IMG/VR virus record: IMGVR_UViG_3300036785_000557
Span: 1 to 56,583 of that record
DNA: 56,583 bases
DNA from: a virus
Lineage: Duplodnaviria; Caudoviricetes
Reading direction: 5' to 3' (one strand)
The translations under genes and the position numbers were made by a program. Every line of letters starts with the position of its first letter. Positions within the stretch are counted from its first letter, which is position 1. Shown in pieces: positions 17,856 through 28,695 of the stretch. The notes beneath the pieces were generated by a model, which was not told where the DNA came from, made no database searches, and worked only from the letters and a program-made list of their open reading frames with translations.

Positions 17856-20201
17856 CTAACGCTCGTGCTGCTGCGCTGTTTCCGCCGTGGCTGCGCCGAG
17901 CGCCGCTGTCAGAGGGGTAGCCATGGAAGCGCGGGCAGGCAGTGGAATCGCATCGCCTTTCAAAAGCGATAGAGCCTTCTCTGGATCTGTGGCGAGACGC
18001 ACAATCTCCTCATTCACCGCCGCGTTTTGGAGCGGATTGAGTTTTTTAACCAAATGCAGAGCTGACGCCAACGCGCCCCGATGATTGCCAGTAGCCGCAT
18101 CTATTACCCCCCGCACGGCATGAACCGCGTCATCCATACCATGTTCTACATCCTCCCCCTGCCGCCCGGCCGTTGCAGAGCCGCCAAGGATTGACTGCTT
18201 GGCACCGTAAATGTCGCGCTCCCCCTGTACCGCACTCAAAAAATCATCGAGCTTTTTCTTGTTGTCGAAAATTGGCATAAGCCGCCGCCGCGCCCATAGA
18301 GCCGTCTCATCCTCCGTAAGATCGCGGACAGCGGATGAAACCACACCGCGCTTTGAAAGCGCATCTATATAAGCCTGCGCTGCGCCGATCTTATAATGTT
18401 GCTGTTCAGCCGGCGACATCTCCTCGAAAATCTTCTTAACGTCTTCAGGGTGTGAATCCATAATCTTACTACCTTGGATCATGGCCCCCAGACTCGCTGC
18501 CGGCCCGGCCCATGCTTCGCGGGCGGCCTTATAAGCCGGATTGATACGGTCAACCTCGTTGAGTAGTGCCACCCTTAATCCTTCTATTGTTCTAAGGTGT
18601 GCATCCCATTTGATTTGCCCGGTCAGCGTGTCGCGCTTGGCTTCTATCATCGCGTCCAAACCTTTTTTGGCCGCATCCAAGAGCCTCATATTCGGTGTGC
18701 CGGAGATAATCGGATCTCCTTTTTCATCCACGCCTGTAACCGCGTAATCCATCGGCTTAAAAGGAATATATTGGGCGTCCGATTCATTCTTCATAATCTC
18801 CAAGCCCTGCTTGACGCCTTCAAGCACGTTGGAATTCTTCAGCAAAACGGCAATATGCGGACTCCAAATCCCGCGTACCCCGCTGGCATCGGCGGCCACC
18901 GCTTGCTGCAACCGGGTAAGGATTTCCGCATGGCGAGCCTCGACATCCTTTAAGGCGGCCTGTGCGCTATCAACCCCAGCTTTTGCGGCTGACACCTCTC
19001 GCATGGCAGCATCATTTGCACCCATATTGCTTACAGAGGTGCTGACCCTGGTGTTAAGTTTATCGACCGCTTGCGTCAGCGTGTTTTTGGCGTTGTCTAA
19101 AGCTGCCGCTGCGGCTTTTTTAGCCTGCGACACCTGCTCAAATGCCGGCTTAAATTGATCTTCCATCGGCGATAGAATGTTTGGGTTCATCGCCTCCGCA
19201 TAGAGCGGCGCTGACGATTCTATTTGGCTGTCCTTGAGCGCGTCATGGACATCACGACTTGTTTCCGGTGAATCAAACGCCGTCCGTGCTGCGGCCACAA
19301 GACGGTCCTTGACGGCCGTAAGCCTGCCGGCAACTTTGTTTGTGCCAAAGTTATATTCAAGAATCGCATCGCCAGCGCCTAGACCGCGTGCCGCCGCACC
19401 CACCGCGCCGCGTACTTTCCGGCCACCAGCTTCCAGAAGCGATGTTGGCACGCCGAGCGCGTGATTGGTTGTGACGGCCTTAATGATGTCATCTACTTTA
19501 GCCCCGCCCGCCTTCTCATCTTGGGCGACTTTTACCATAAGTTTGCGTGTCGCTTCAGATTTTATGAAATCGGGCTTGTTGCGTGCAGCCCATTTGCCGA
19601 AGCCAGATTTAACGATACCCAAACCTTCAGCGCCCGCCCCAAACGCCTCACTGGCGGCAACATTGATGCCCGTTTCAAAGCCTTTTGCTTTCCAATAGTC
19701 TGCGCCGGTCTTATTCGGGTCTATCGGTTGCTCCACACCGGCCACGCCGCCAATGCGCGCCGCTTGCAGCCCTTTACCGACCAATGTAGCGGCTGGTGCC
19801 ATCTCCCCTTCTGGTGCAATGGCGGCGGCCGGTAACGCCCCGGCCACCTCGCCCACGCCGGTTGCGATTGGGTGTGCGGCGCTGTACGGCGCTTCCTGTT
19901 GCGCGACCGTGGCTAAGCGTTTGGCCGCATCGGCGGACAGAAACCCACCAACACGCCGATCAATTCCACCGGCTGGGCCATAGAGATCACCGATGGCGGA
20001 AAGTCCCTTGCCGGCGAGCTGTTCCGTGCCCAGCACTGCCCGGCCAATACCAGCGCTTGCACCCTCTGCCGCTGATTTCAGTGTACTCGGCGGCGGGTGC
20101 GCAGCGGCATAGGTCTTCATCACCTTACCGATGACATCCTGGCCGGTGCCATTCGGAAAAACATGCTTGACGCCATCGGCACTGACTGCGGTGATGGTCA
20201 T
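17856..20201 (-). CDS. Internal virion / DNA ejection protein (781 aa)
   Basis: Ala/Gly-rich and helical; last of three large ORFs after the nozzle, as in P22/T7 layouts. Confidence 0.6.
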   Translation of the reverse strand: MTITAVSADGVKHVFPNGTGQDVIGKVMKTYAAAHPPPSTLKSAAEGASAGIGRAVLGTEQLAGKGLSAIGDLYGPAGGIDRRVGGFLSADAAKRLATVAQQEAPYSAAHPIATGVGEVAGALPAAAIAPEGEMAPAATLVGKGLQAARIGGVAGVEQPIDPNKTGADYWKAKGFETGINVAASEAFGAGAEGLGIVKSGFGKWAARNKPDFIKSEATRKLMVKVAQDEKAGGAKVDDIIKAVTTNHALGVPTSLLEAGGRKVRGAVGAAARGLGAGDAILEYNFGTNKVAGRLTAVKDRLVAAARTAFDSPETSRDVHDALKDSQIESSAPLYAEAMNPNILSPMEDQFKPAFEQVSQAKKAAAAALDNAKNTLTQAVDKLNTRVSTSVSNMGANDAAMREVSAAKAGVDSAQAALKDVEARHAEILTRLQQAVAADASGVRGIWSPHIAVLLKNSNVLEGVKQGLEIMKNESDAQYIPFKPMDYAVTGVDEKGDPIISGTPNMRLLDAAKKGLDAMIEAKRDTLTGQIKWDAHLRTIEGLRVALLNEVDRINPAYKAAREAWAGPAASLGAMIQGSKIMDSHPEDVKKIFEEMSPAEQQHYKIGAAQAYIDALSKRGVVSSAVRDLTEDETALWARRRLMPIFDNKKKLDDFLSAVQGERDIYGAKQSILGGSATAGRQGEDVEHGMDDAVHAVRGVIDAATGNHRGALASALHLVKKLNPLQNAAVNEEIVRLATDPEKALSLLKGDAIPLPARASMATPLTAALGAATAETAQQHER

Positions 20202-22141
20202 TGGATAGGATTCCCATTCGCATCATAATTGATCGTGGTGTTGCCTGCATTTGATCCAGCGGTGGAATCGCCCCCAGAATCATCGGCCGGGGCCGCGCTG
20301 GGATCAGCAACCGCTGGCGGGGTAGAGGCAGCGGCGTCTGCCGCTGCCGAAGTCACACTTGGCGTTGCAATGGGAACGGCGGCGTTTAGTGCGGCGGGCG
20401 GTGCGATTGGCTGAATGGTTTGCAAGAGAGCTTGCGTAGGGGCATCCAAGTATCTGGATGAAAAATCATCCAATCCCGTGCCTGCCTCATATTGCTTCTG
20501 CAACCCAGCAAGTTGGCCCGCTGCAAGCCCCTCCCAGGTTTGTATCGCCTGGGTAAACTGAGCCGGAGACATCGCTTTGTTAATCAGGTCATCAGCACTT
20601 GTACGATCAGCCAAGGCACCCGGCCCGCCCGTAATTGCTTTAACAAGTTCATCTGCCACAAAACCCTTAGCAGCATTGAAATTTGTCATCTGCGGGTCGC
20701 CAAATTGTGCAGAGAGTTGGTTTGACAAAGAATTGACCGCCTGCACATCGTTGTTTTGCAGCGCCATGCCGAGTTTTTTCAAAACATCGAGATGCTGCAT
20801 GAGAACATTATACGATATGACGGATTTGGATTGTGAGCCTTTATCATACGCGAGAACCGTTGCGGCTTTACCTAAGTAATTGGTCACGTCATAATCTGGG
20901 TTAATTTTCATGACCATTTGCATAACCGCAGTATTTCCAGATGAACCCATTGCGCCCGCTGTTGCCGCTGGCAAACGATAAGTAGCGATTAACTGCCCCT
21001 TGTCATAAGCCGGCGGATCAACGTTACGGAGTTCCCCCAAGGGTGAATCTGGGGCTGGATTGGCACCAAGTCCCTTGCCAGGGGTTGGCCCCATTAACCC
21101 AGCATCTATAGACGCCTTAACCGCATTGTATTGATCTTGCTTCGCCGGGGCGAGTGGCCCCGTGAATCGAGTTACTTCTTTATTGATACCCGACATATCG
21201 CCTAAAACTAAATTCCTCATAAAGTTATTTGATACGCCGGTAACAGGATTTGGGATGTCACCAGGATCTTGCGTGCTGCCTGAATTGGAAATTTGTTGGC
21301 TAAAGATCCCTGCCATCGCGTGGTTTTTATCATCTTGCCACTGCGATTTCTTGGACGGGTCAGCCGGTTCTGGATGTGCTTTCATCCATGCCTGGGCTTT
21401 ATTTTCCGAATCCTGATATTGAACACCAGCCGCCGCCTGTTGCGCCGCATTGGCTCCAGCACCGGCCCGCTTGGCGGCGAGTTCAGCGGCGAAAAGCACA
21501 CCCTGGCTTTTAATAACGCCCAGCATAACGTCGTCTTTCAGCGCCGTGGCGGTAGTGGTCATAGCGGTGGTTAGTTCCTGAATGTCATCCTTATGCGCCG
21601 TGATTGCTTCTTTATATGCCTCAGTCTCATATTTTTGCAGGTTAATCGCATTCGTGGTTTCAGCTTTCCATGTTGCCATCGCAGCGTTGGCCGCGTCGGT
21701 ATCGCCCTGCTTGTGGGCATTCATCACGCCGGCCGCCGCGTTCAATGCATTGGTCATCGACCCACGCGTGAGCAAAGAGCCAAGCGTGGCAATTATCATC
21801 GCAGACGAACCCCACGCCTCCACCGGATTATATTGCTTGGTCTGCGGGGCTGGCGGCGGAACATACGGTACGGGTGGTTGTGGTGTATTTTCTGGGCTAA
21901 GTTTAGTGCGGATCTGATCCTGTAAAAAACGAAGATATTGGTGCATATCCGTAAAGTCGTCTGTGGCGGCCGATGTGGGCGGCACGGCTGACGTTGGTGT
22001 GGCCGGTACAGGCGGTGCTTTAGGAATGGGCGTTATTGTTGCAGGTGCCCCAGCCCCCGCTGGCTTTGTAAGAACCGCACTGGCAGGGGCATTTTTAGGG
22101 CCGATTGCTACGGCCAGCGGCGATGGATTGTTCAGGGCCAT
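20198..22141 (-). CDS. Internal virion / DNA ejection protein (647 aa)
   Basis: Composition and synteny. Confidence 0.55.
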   Translation of the reverse strand: MALNNPSPLAVAIGPKNAPASAVLTKPAGAGAPATITPIPKAPPVPATPTSAVPPTSAATDDFTDMHQYLRFLQDQIRTKLSPENTPQPPVPYVPPPAPQTKQYNPVEAWGSSAMIIATLGSLLTRGSMTNALNAAAGVMNAHKQGDTDAANAAMATWKAETTNAINLQKYETEAYKEAITAHKDDIQELTTAMTTTATALKDDVMLGVIKSQGVLFAAELAAKRAGAGANAAQQAAAGVQYQDSENKAQAWMKAHPEPADPSKKSQWQDDKNHAMAGIFSQQISNSGSTQDPGDIPNPVTGVSNNFMRNLVLGDMSGINKEVTRFTGPLAPAKQDQYNAVKASIDAGLMGPTPGKGLGANPAPDSPLGELRNVDPPAYDKGQLIATYRLPAATAGAMGSSGNTAVMQMVMKINPDYDVTNYLGKAATVLAYDKGSQSKSVISYNVLMQHLDVLKKLGMALQNNDVQAVNSLSNQLSAQFGDPQMTNFNAAKGFVADELVKAITGGPGALADRTSADDLINKAMSPAQFTQAIQTWEGLAAGQLAGLQKQYEAGTGLDDFSSRYLDAPTQALLQTIQPIAPPAALNAAVPIATPSVTSAAADAAASTPPAVADPSAAPADDSGGDSTAGSNAGNTTINYDANGNPIQ

Positions 22142-22150
22142 AATCGTGTC

Positions 22151-23362
22151 CTATGCATTGGCGCTGGCGAGATCGCTGGCTGCACCAGCGGTCGGGGTGG
22201 CGGCTGGCGCACTGGCGTTGCCTGGAATCATGGCGGTGGCAAAATTACCAATCGCAGTTCCGAGGTTGTTATCCTTCTGCAAATTCTCATTCATGATGTC
22301 GGCATAGAGCTGCGTGCCAAACTCGTTCTCGCTGATGCCGGTTTGGAGGAGCTGCGTGGCCAAATTCGTCGCCTGGGTCACGCCAGCCATTTGCGCCGCC
22401 GCGATGTCCTGCGCCTCGGCTGAGGAACCTGACATGCCCATGGACGCGTATTGGCTGCGGATGGACGCCTGGGCGGCGGCTGTAGCCTGATTAATGGCCG
22501 CTTGCGCGCCGGGCGGCAGCGTGCCGCTCGACAGATAATTTTGAAGTATCTGACCTTGCTGCGTGTCCTGCGCCGCCGCCGTGTTGAGCTGGTTCTCGCC
22601 CTTCACCGGCTGATTGCCCTTCAGCGCATCCATGAGCAGGCCAGCACCGGACAGCAATGTCCTTGGACCACCGATGTCCGCAAGCCAGCCACCACCCCCG
22701 GCCGCCGCTGCGCCCGCCCCTGTGGCATAGCCCGCCGGAGCTGCAACAGCACCACTACCTTCCAGAGCTGTGGCCAATGCCGGATTGGAAACAACGCCGC
22801 CGGCTAAGCTTTCGGTTGTACCAATCCCAACATCCGCGCCCAGAGCGTTGATGCCACCGCCGATAAGTGTGTTACTGCCGATAGCATTACCGAGGAGCGT
22901 GCCTGTTCCGGCGGTGCCAAGACCGGAGGTGGCCGCACCAATCCCAACATCCGCGCCTAACGCGTTGATCCCGGCGCCGACAAGCGTATCAGCACCGATG
23001 TAGTTACCGAGGGCCGTACCCGTTCCAGCTAAACTACCACCCGCCGCTTCAGTCGCCGCTGCACCCGCCGCCCCCGCTGCCGCCGCGCCGTATAATTCCG
23101 CACCGCCATAGGCTATGGAGGCTGCTTCAACACCCGAAAGCGCGGATTTTTCCCAGCTTTTTCCCTCAATCTTTTGGCCGGCTGCTTCACCCAAACCAGC
23201 GCCAACGGCCGCACCCGCCGGACCACCCACAAGAAAACCACCTACCCCACCAACAACGGCAGTGACATCTGGCACAACCTGTTTCAGCGAAAACATATTG
23301 CCGAGAGATTTACTTGGATGGGTGAAAAGCCCCTTGCTCCCGCCGAGTGACAGACCGTTCAT
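22151..23362 (-). CDS. Gly/Ala-rich pilot / ejection protein (P22 gp7-like position)
   Basis: GGPAGAAVGAGLG glycine-zipper segments; 39-aa internal duplication (INALGADVGIG twice). Confidence 0.6.
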   Translation of the reverse strand: MNGLSLGGSKGLFTHPSKSLGNMFSLKQVVPDVTAVVGGVGGFLVGGPAGAAVGAGLGEAAGQKIEGKSWEKSALSGVEAASIAYGGAELYGAAAAGAAGAAATEAAGGSLAGTGTALGNYIGADTLVGAGINALGADVGIGAATSGLGTAGTGTLLGNAIGSNTLIGGGINALGADVGIGTTESLAGGVVSNPALATALEGSGAVAAPAGYATGAGAAAAGGGGWLADIGGPRTLLSGAGLLMDALKGNQPVKGENQLNTAAAQDTQQGQILQNYLSSGTLPPGAQAAINQATAAAQASIRSQYASMGMSGSSAEAQDIAAAQMAGVTQATNLATQLLQTGISENEFGTQLYADIMNENLQKDNNLGTAIGNFATAMIPGNASAPAATPTAGAASDLASANA

Positions 23363-23790
23363 AGCCCTTCCTCCGCATCAAAATTATAGGATTGCACTTT
23401 GGTATGCGGCCCTAACCGGCGGGCGATGACGGCAAAATCATGCTCCGTGAGAGAGCCAATTGTGAAGCGAAAAGCCCCGATCCGGTCACGCCACAACATC
23501 ATCTCACGGATCAGCGCAATAACCTCCCAGACGGGGCCAAACACCCATTGTTCATGCACCCACGGCCGGGGCTCGAAATGCGTCATGTCGATGTTGGCGC
23601 AACCAAACGCGTGATCCGTGCGAATCAGGAGGACGTTCATATTATCCACGTTTTCAACGCACACGTCATACATGCCCTGAAGGTCCATATATGGCAGCGC
23701 TTTACGGAAAGCGTGTTCCGCCTGCATTTTGCACTCATCAAGATCTGCTACAGTCATGCGCCGGACACGATGATGTGGTGCGATGAACAT
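23359..23790 (-). CDS. Possible GNAT-fold virion-associated protein
   Basis: VRRMTVADL start; position matches T7 gp13-like genes. Confidence 0.45.
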   Translation of the reverse strand: MFIAPHHRVRRMTVADLDECKMQAEHAFRKALPYMDLQGMYDVCVENVDNMNVLLIRTDHAFGCANIDMTHFEPRPWVHEQWVFGPVWEVIALIREMMLWRDRIGAFRFTIGSLTEHDFAVIARRLGPHTKVQSYNFDAEEGL

Positions 23791-23799
23791 ATTCGCCTC

Positions 23800-24378
23800 C
23801 TAAATCCCCAATGCTTGACGGCAAGAATTGTGATCCTGGATGTGTAAAAATAGCCAGTGTTCCAGCTCACTCGGACTATCGAAATTCAACGACTCCTGAT
23901 CGCTCCCTGGCAAATTCAGGGCATTAAGCATGTCTTGATGGGTTTGCTGGTGCCATGTGAACCATTGGTCCAGAGCATTCTCCGGTATCGGATCAAGCGG
24001 ATAGACCGTGAGATTCTGATAATTTACCGTGGCCTGCGCAAAGGCGCCGCTGCCGCCACCGCCGATAATTGCCACAGCCGGGGCTGAGAAGTAACCGAGC
24101 CCCGGATTGATGATGCTGATTGTGATTTGACCCGATGCCGATAGGGCGGCCGTGGCGGTGGCTTGTGTGCCAGGAATGCCATTCGGCGCGCTGATTTGCA
24201 CCGTGGGCGCAGACGTATAACCCGTGCCCTGGGCCAGCACCGCGATGGATTTTACCACACTGCTCTGCCGCTTGATGGCATTGCGGATCTCATCATGGTC
24301 CACCTTGTTGGCAAGACTCCAGACCGCCCGTTCTTCAACGGTTCGCGGCACATTCCAGAGGTTTGCCGTGGTGACCAT
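23800..24378 (-). CDS. Virion protein with GxGY beta-repeat insertion
   Basis: AQGTGYTSAPTV and INPGLGYFSAPAV repeats; W...HQQTH and WLFLH..H motifs. Confidence 0.6.
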   Translation of the reverse strand: MVTTANLWNVPRTVEERAVWSLANKVDHDEIRNAIKRQSSVVKSIAVLAQGTGYTSAPTVQISAPNGIPGTQATATAALSASGQITISIINPGLGYFSAPAVAIIGGGGSGAFAQATVNYQNLTVYPLDPIPENALDQWFTWHQQTHQDMLNALNLPGSDQESLNFDSPSELEHWLFLHIQDHNSCRQALGI

Positions 24379-24642
24379 TTACTTTTTCAACTTCCGAGAA
24401 ATGGGCAACGCGCTTGGGATCAGTGAGAACGGATCACCGTTATGCTCCGGCATGGGGTTATGACCCCAGCGATCCCCATCCGCCGATGGTTTCCAATGAT
24501 ATTCATGCCCATCACCGCCGCACACTTCATCTGCCTTGGGATAATAGGTGCCCGAGGGCGCATGAACGGCCAGACCGTCAGGATTTTCACCCTTGGCCAC
24601 CAAGCCCGGAAAGTCGATGTTTTTACCTGCTACATTTGCCAT
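24379..24642 (-). CDS. Hypothetical protein
   Basis: AAGGAG SD; abuts both neighbours. Confidence 0.6.
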   Translation of the reverse strand: MANVAGKNIDFPGLVAKGENPDGLAVHAPSGTYYPKADEVCGGDGHEYHWKPSADGDRWGHNPMPEHNGDPFSLIPSALPISRKLKK

Positions 24643-24645
24643 AAC

Positions 24646-27201
24646 TTAGCTCCTTTGATTCGGTATTTCTTCGACTATCCCCGACACCTCAAGCCCAGGT
24701 GACCCCATTGCATGTGTCGAAAGCACATAGGACAATCCTAGATAGTTCAAAGTGATGTCCTCGGCGGTTGTTGAGAGCGTCAGCCCCAAGAACATACCCG
24801 CGCCGTCATTCAGACCATACGAAAATACGGGATACCCTATCGTGTACGCATTGGCCAAGGAAAAGGTCATTGGCTCACCATCGTTGAGCGGATAAGAGCC
24901 CGCTTCCGTGTCCAAACTCACAGTCATCGGGATAGGCGCACCGCGCGTCCCGAGGTTCTGCGCCGTTATCGTCGTGGTCCAGACCTGCTTCACGAGATAG
25001 GGCACGCCGGCCCCAAATAACTTGGTGGAAAGCGTGCTGGTGATGGCGCTGCTTGGCGTCTGGAACATCTGGTAGAGATGAGTGCCATCCGTGCCCCAGG
25101 CTGAAAGGTCCGAATTGATCTCCTGCGTGCCAATAAACGTCATTTTTGGCGATTGCGAGGCCACGCACCACCCCTGCTCATCCCACACGATCATTTTATT
25201 GGCCATAGTCAGGGTGACGGGGTTCTGCATGGTCAAAAGCAGCAAATAATACTTTCCTCCAAAAATGTTGGCAGCGGCCGATGACGGGCGCAGGCCACCG
25301 TTCACCGGGAAAACTGCGTTGGTGAACAGTGGGTCGAGATCCTTGGAGATTTTTGTCGCAGCGCCGCCATAGAGCGCGTACACGCCAAGCGCGTTGGCAA
25401 ACACGATGGCACGGCCAAAGTCCTGCACGCTGTCCCGCCATGGTGTGCCCACCTGCGGGTCGGTGTTCTGGTACTGGAATGTGGTGGTGGGCGGATTTCC
25501 GGCCGTATTCACGCCGGAGATGATGGCCACCGAAGAATCACCAAACGGGTAGAGATAACCGTTGCTCTGCCGCAAGTTGGTATAGGTCTGGCGCAGGAAA
25601 CGGTCGGATGAAACATAGATCAACCCACCATCCGAGGTGGCAAAATCACTGATCGAACCGGGTGCCGACACCAGGATTTTGTTGTTGTTGTTTTTTGATG
25701 GCGGTGAGTTTGGCGGCGTCCAAGGCGCTGCGATAAACACCCGCGATTGGAACGTCTCAATGGCGATGCCCGATACGCCGTAAGGCATGAGGCTGACAGT
25801 GGCCGAGGCAGAGCGGTTGATGGCCGATTCCACGATCACCGATGGCGCGGTAAAATAGCCGCTACCGGGGTTCGTGATCGTGACACTGCTAATCGAGGTC
25901 GGTGTTAGCGTGGCAATTGCCCCCGCGCCCGTGCCGCCACCGCCGGTTAGGGTGACGACTGGCGGGGCTGTATAGCCAGACCCGGCGTTGGTGATGGTGT
26001 ACGAGGCCACCGCGCCGTTGGCGATGGTGGCGGTCGCCGTGGCAGTCACGCCGCCCGCCTGTGGTGCTGCAATTGCCACGGTCGGGGCCGAGGTGTAGCC
26101 GGAACCCCCACCCCCCGCGATGCTGGATATGGACGTGGGGGCCAAATTGGCGGTCGCGGTCGCGTTTGTGCCGCCGCCGCCGGTTATGGTCAGCACGGGG
26201 GCCAGCGTATAGCCAGTGCCGCCATTTATGACGGATATGGACCCGATGGTGCCTGGATTCAGTTCGGCTGTTGCGGAGGCCCCAGATCCGCCGCCGCCGG
26301 TAAATGAGACAATTGGTGCCGAGACATAGCCACTGCCTGGATTAGTCAGGGTCACGCTGACGACTTGGCCGCCGGAGATGTTCGCCGTGCCCGAGGCCCC
26401 GGTGCCAATCAGCGCCGCGAAGTTGACGGCCGGCGGGCTGGTATAACCCGAGCCGCCACCCGTGATGACGATGGTGGAAACGCCGGTTGATTGCACATTG
26501 GCGGAAAGCAGCGCTTGGTTATCGGTGCCGCCGCCGGAAAACCCCAGCGTCACACTGTCATTGATCTGGTAGCCCAACCCTGGGTTTGCCACCGCGAGGC
26601 TCACCACTGAACCATTCACCACCTGCGGCACCAGCACGATGCCCGAGCCGGAGCCACCAATAACCTGGATATTTGGTGCGCCTGTATATCCGGTGCCGCC
26701 ATCCGTGATCGTCACGATGGGTGAGATGCCACCGGCTGTGTAAAGAATTGCGCCGTCCCAAACAAAATAAGCGTTCTGGTTGTGGTTGTTGCCAATGAGA
26801 AGATATTGACTGCCCCATTGCGCACAAGCCGGGAGACTTCCACCAGAAAGCATAAAAGTGCCGGGCGCGTTGCTGATAATGGTACTGGCACCTGTCACCG
26901 TGTTGATCTGAACAGCCGTGCCATCGTTGTAGAAAACGGCAACATAATTTGAGCCGTTGATATTGTAGAAGAAGAAAAACACTATGGTTTTTCCAATAGG
27001 TGCGGTCCAAAGCGGGGATGCCACATCCCATAGGGTGCGCAGATTTCCCTCGCCCACCAAAATCCAATTCTCGGAATAGAAGAATTGCTGATCGCGGATG
27101 GCGATACGGCTGGCGGACAGGTTCATGCCCGCGAAGGGGAACATCACCGCTTGCTGGAGGCCCGGTGGTAACCCTAGATCATCACCTTGTCTCCTGGCCA
27201 T
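24646..27201 (-). CDS. Tail nozzle / packaged-DNA stabilisation protein (P22 gp10 / T7 gp12-like) with about 8 inserted GxGY repeats
   Basis: FAGMN start and beta-rich body; synteny after the adaptor. Confidence 0.65.
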   Translation of the reverse strand: MARRQGDDLGLPPGLQQAVMFPFAGMNLSASRIAIRDQQFFYSENWILVGEGNLRTLWDVASPLWTAPIGKTIVFFFFYNINGSNYVAVFYNDGTAVQINTVTGASTIISNAPGTFMLSGGSLPACAQWGSQYLLIGNNHNQNAYFVWDGAILYTAGGISPIVTITDGGTGYTGAPNIQVIGGSGSGIVLVPQVVNGSVVSLAVANPGLGYQINDSVTLGFSGGGTDNQALLSANVQSTGVSTIVITGGGSGYTSPPAVNFAALIGTGASGTANISGGQVVSVTLTNPGSGYVSAPIVSFTGGGGSGASATAELNPGTIGSISVINGGTGYTLAPVLTITGGGGTNATATANLAPTSISSIAGGGGSGYTSAPTVAIAAPQAGGVTATATATIANGAVASYTITNAGSGYTAPPVVTLTGGGGTGAGAIATLTPTSISSVTITNPGSGYFTAPSVIVESAINRSASATVSLMPYGVSGIAIETFQSRVFIAAPWTPPNSPPSKNNNNKILVSAPGSISDFATSDGGLIYVSSDRFLRQTYTNLRQSNGYLYPFGDSSVAIISGVNTAGNPPTTTFQYQNTDPQVGTPWRDSVQDFGRAIVFANALGVYALYGGAATKISKDLDPLFTNAVFPVNGGLRPSSAAANIFGGKYYLLLLTMQNPVTLTMANKMIVWDEQGWCVASQSPKMTFIGTQEINSDLSAWGTDGTHLYQMFQTPSSAITSTLSTKLFGAGVPYLVKQVWTTTITAQNLGTRGAPIPMTVSLDTEAGSYPLNDGEPMTFSLANAYTIGYPVFSYGLNDGAGMFLGLTLSTTAEDITLNYLGLSYVLSTHAMGSPGLEVSGIVEEIPNQRS

Positions 27202-27204
27202 GGA

Positions 27205-27867
27205 TCATGGCCCCCCAGCCGGCGTTTTTGCTGTTGCATTCAGCTTCGCTTGCAGCCCGGAAAGCGTTGGCGTGCTGCGGGCGAGAGCGCGCATGTTGGG
27301 GAGCGAGTCATTCCAGATCACTTGCCCGCCCGGTGCCACCAGCTCGTTTTTGTCATTCCAATCTGGCGCGGTTGCCGGGTTTGCATACTGCGATTGCTTA
27401 GAGAAAGTCAGATCGTATGGCGTTTTCCAGGTATCAGGATAGTGCATCTGCCCATCATTTGGATCTACCGCGCCCTTGGCGCGCGGATCGCCGGATTGCA
27501 GCGCCTTCCAGAAGCCGCGCATGTCATAATCAGGCTGTGCCTGGGTTGGATCAAACGGCACCTTATTATCAGCCACCCATGTTCTGAATTTCTGTTCTTC
27601 CTGCGGCTGGAGCTGGGTTTGGTAATTGCTTGCACCGGGCTTCACCCATGCCTGATTGCGCGCGTAAATTTGCTGCGGCGTGTATTCTCCGCCTTCACTC
27701 CCATAATAGGGCTGTGCTTGCGCCTGGGGCTGCGGTACGGGAGTCGCGGCGGCTGGCGTACCCGTCATCTCTCTGTGAGCCTGCAAGAGTTGCGGCAGTA
27801 AAGCCACGGCCGGATCTTTCGGTGTGTTGACGAGATACGTCAGGAGACTGGTGAGGTGGTCGCTCAT
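27205..27867 (-). CDS. Conserved phage protein with a DYDMRGFW...HYPDTWKTP...TFS..SQY domain
   Basis: Motif seen in phage virion-associated proteins; TGATG coupling. Confidence 0.6.
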   Translation of the reverse strand: MSDHLTSLLTYLVNTPKDPAVALLPQLLQAHREMTGTPAAATPVPQPQAQAQPYYGSEGGEYTPQQIYARNQAWVKPGASNYQTQLQPQEEQKFRTWVADNKVPFDPTQAQPDYDMRGFWKALQSGDPRAKGAVDPNDGQMHYPDTWKTPYDLTFSKQSQYANPATAPDWNDKNELVAPGGQVIWNDSLPNMRALARSTPTLSGLQAKLNATAKTPAGGP

Positions 27868-28613
27868 CAGTACGCGTACCATTGGGCCACGCGGCCATGG
27901 TCGGTCGCAGAGCGCCCACGGCGCAGGGTGGTCATGAACAGATCCAGATACATCTCCGCGAGCTGCGGCCTCATCGTGGAGAGGTAGGAGAGATATGCCG
28001 AGTAATATTTTACAGCGTTCTCAAATGGGTGCGGGATCGCATCATAATCTGAGTCCGACACAAGCGGCGATGGCGAGCAACTGCACTGCCATTCCATCTC
28101 CTCGACCGTGCTGGGCACTGGCCACAACCAAACATTGGCGTTCGCGCCATCGCCGTCCGTCGCCCATTTCAGCGGGAAACTCGACACCAAATAATTGTAC
28201 GAGCGCGCATGGGCCTGAAGATCTTCCCACGGCATATATTCCATCGCCGGCCGCATGGAGCCCCAGGAAATCGCCATCGAGGTCACATCAAGCACATGGT
28301 CAATCCCGGCGTTTGCATTCTGGATCTGCGCCAGCGCCATCGAAAATGGGTATTTTTCCTGGTTGATGATGGTCTGAAACGGCGTGACCGGCGCGGACCC
28401 TGGCGTGCCGCCGCCCGGCACCATGATACCCGCCTGCGCAGCGTTTCCGAACGGCGAAAGGCCGGTGGCCAGGAGACTGATACAGCCGGTTTGGTAAGCC
28501 ACCTGCCGCCGCCCCTCATTGATCCAGCGGGTGAGCTGCGGAACGGAAATCAGCAAGCCCAAATTGTCGTGCAGGAGCGTCTGTGAATCATTGATATACC
28601 AGGAAAGCTGCAC
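27867..28613 (-). CDS. Head-tail adaptor protein
   Basis: LTRWINEGRRQVA, WLWPVP, IPHPFENAVKYY motifs; AGGAGG SD with GTG start. Confidence 0.7.
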   Translation of the reverse strand: MQLSWYINDSQTLLHDNLGLLISVPQLTRWINEGRRQVAYQTGCISLLATGLSPFGNAAQAGIMVPGGGTPGSAPVTPFQTIINQEKYPFSMALAQIQNANAGIDHVLDVTSMAISWGSMRPAMEYMPWEDLQAHARSYNYLVSSFPLKWATDGDGANANVWLWPVPSTVEEMEWQCSCSPSPLVSDSDYDAIPHPFENAVKYYSAYLSYLSTMRPQLAEMYLDLFMTTLRRGRSATDHGRVAQWYAY

Positions 28614-28637
28614 GGCGCTGACCTCCTACGACTCTCC

Positions 28638-28675
28638 AAAATAAAACCCGGCGCCCGATAGTCTGAGCGCCGGGC
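28638..28675 (-). terminator. Intrinsic terminator after the capsid/decoration genes
   Basis: CCCGGCGCTC...GGGCGCCGGG stem followed by TTTTATTTT on the minus strand. Confidence 0.75.
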
Positions 28676-28695
28676 TATGTGGTTTCAAAGACCGC

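Noticed and set aside
22800-23020. 117-bp internal duplication as a DGR template/variable repeat pair
   Set aside because: In-frame protein repeat without adenine-specific differences; no reverse transcriptase in the genome
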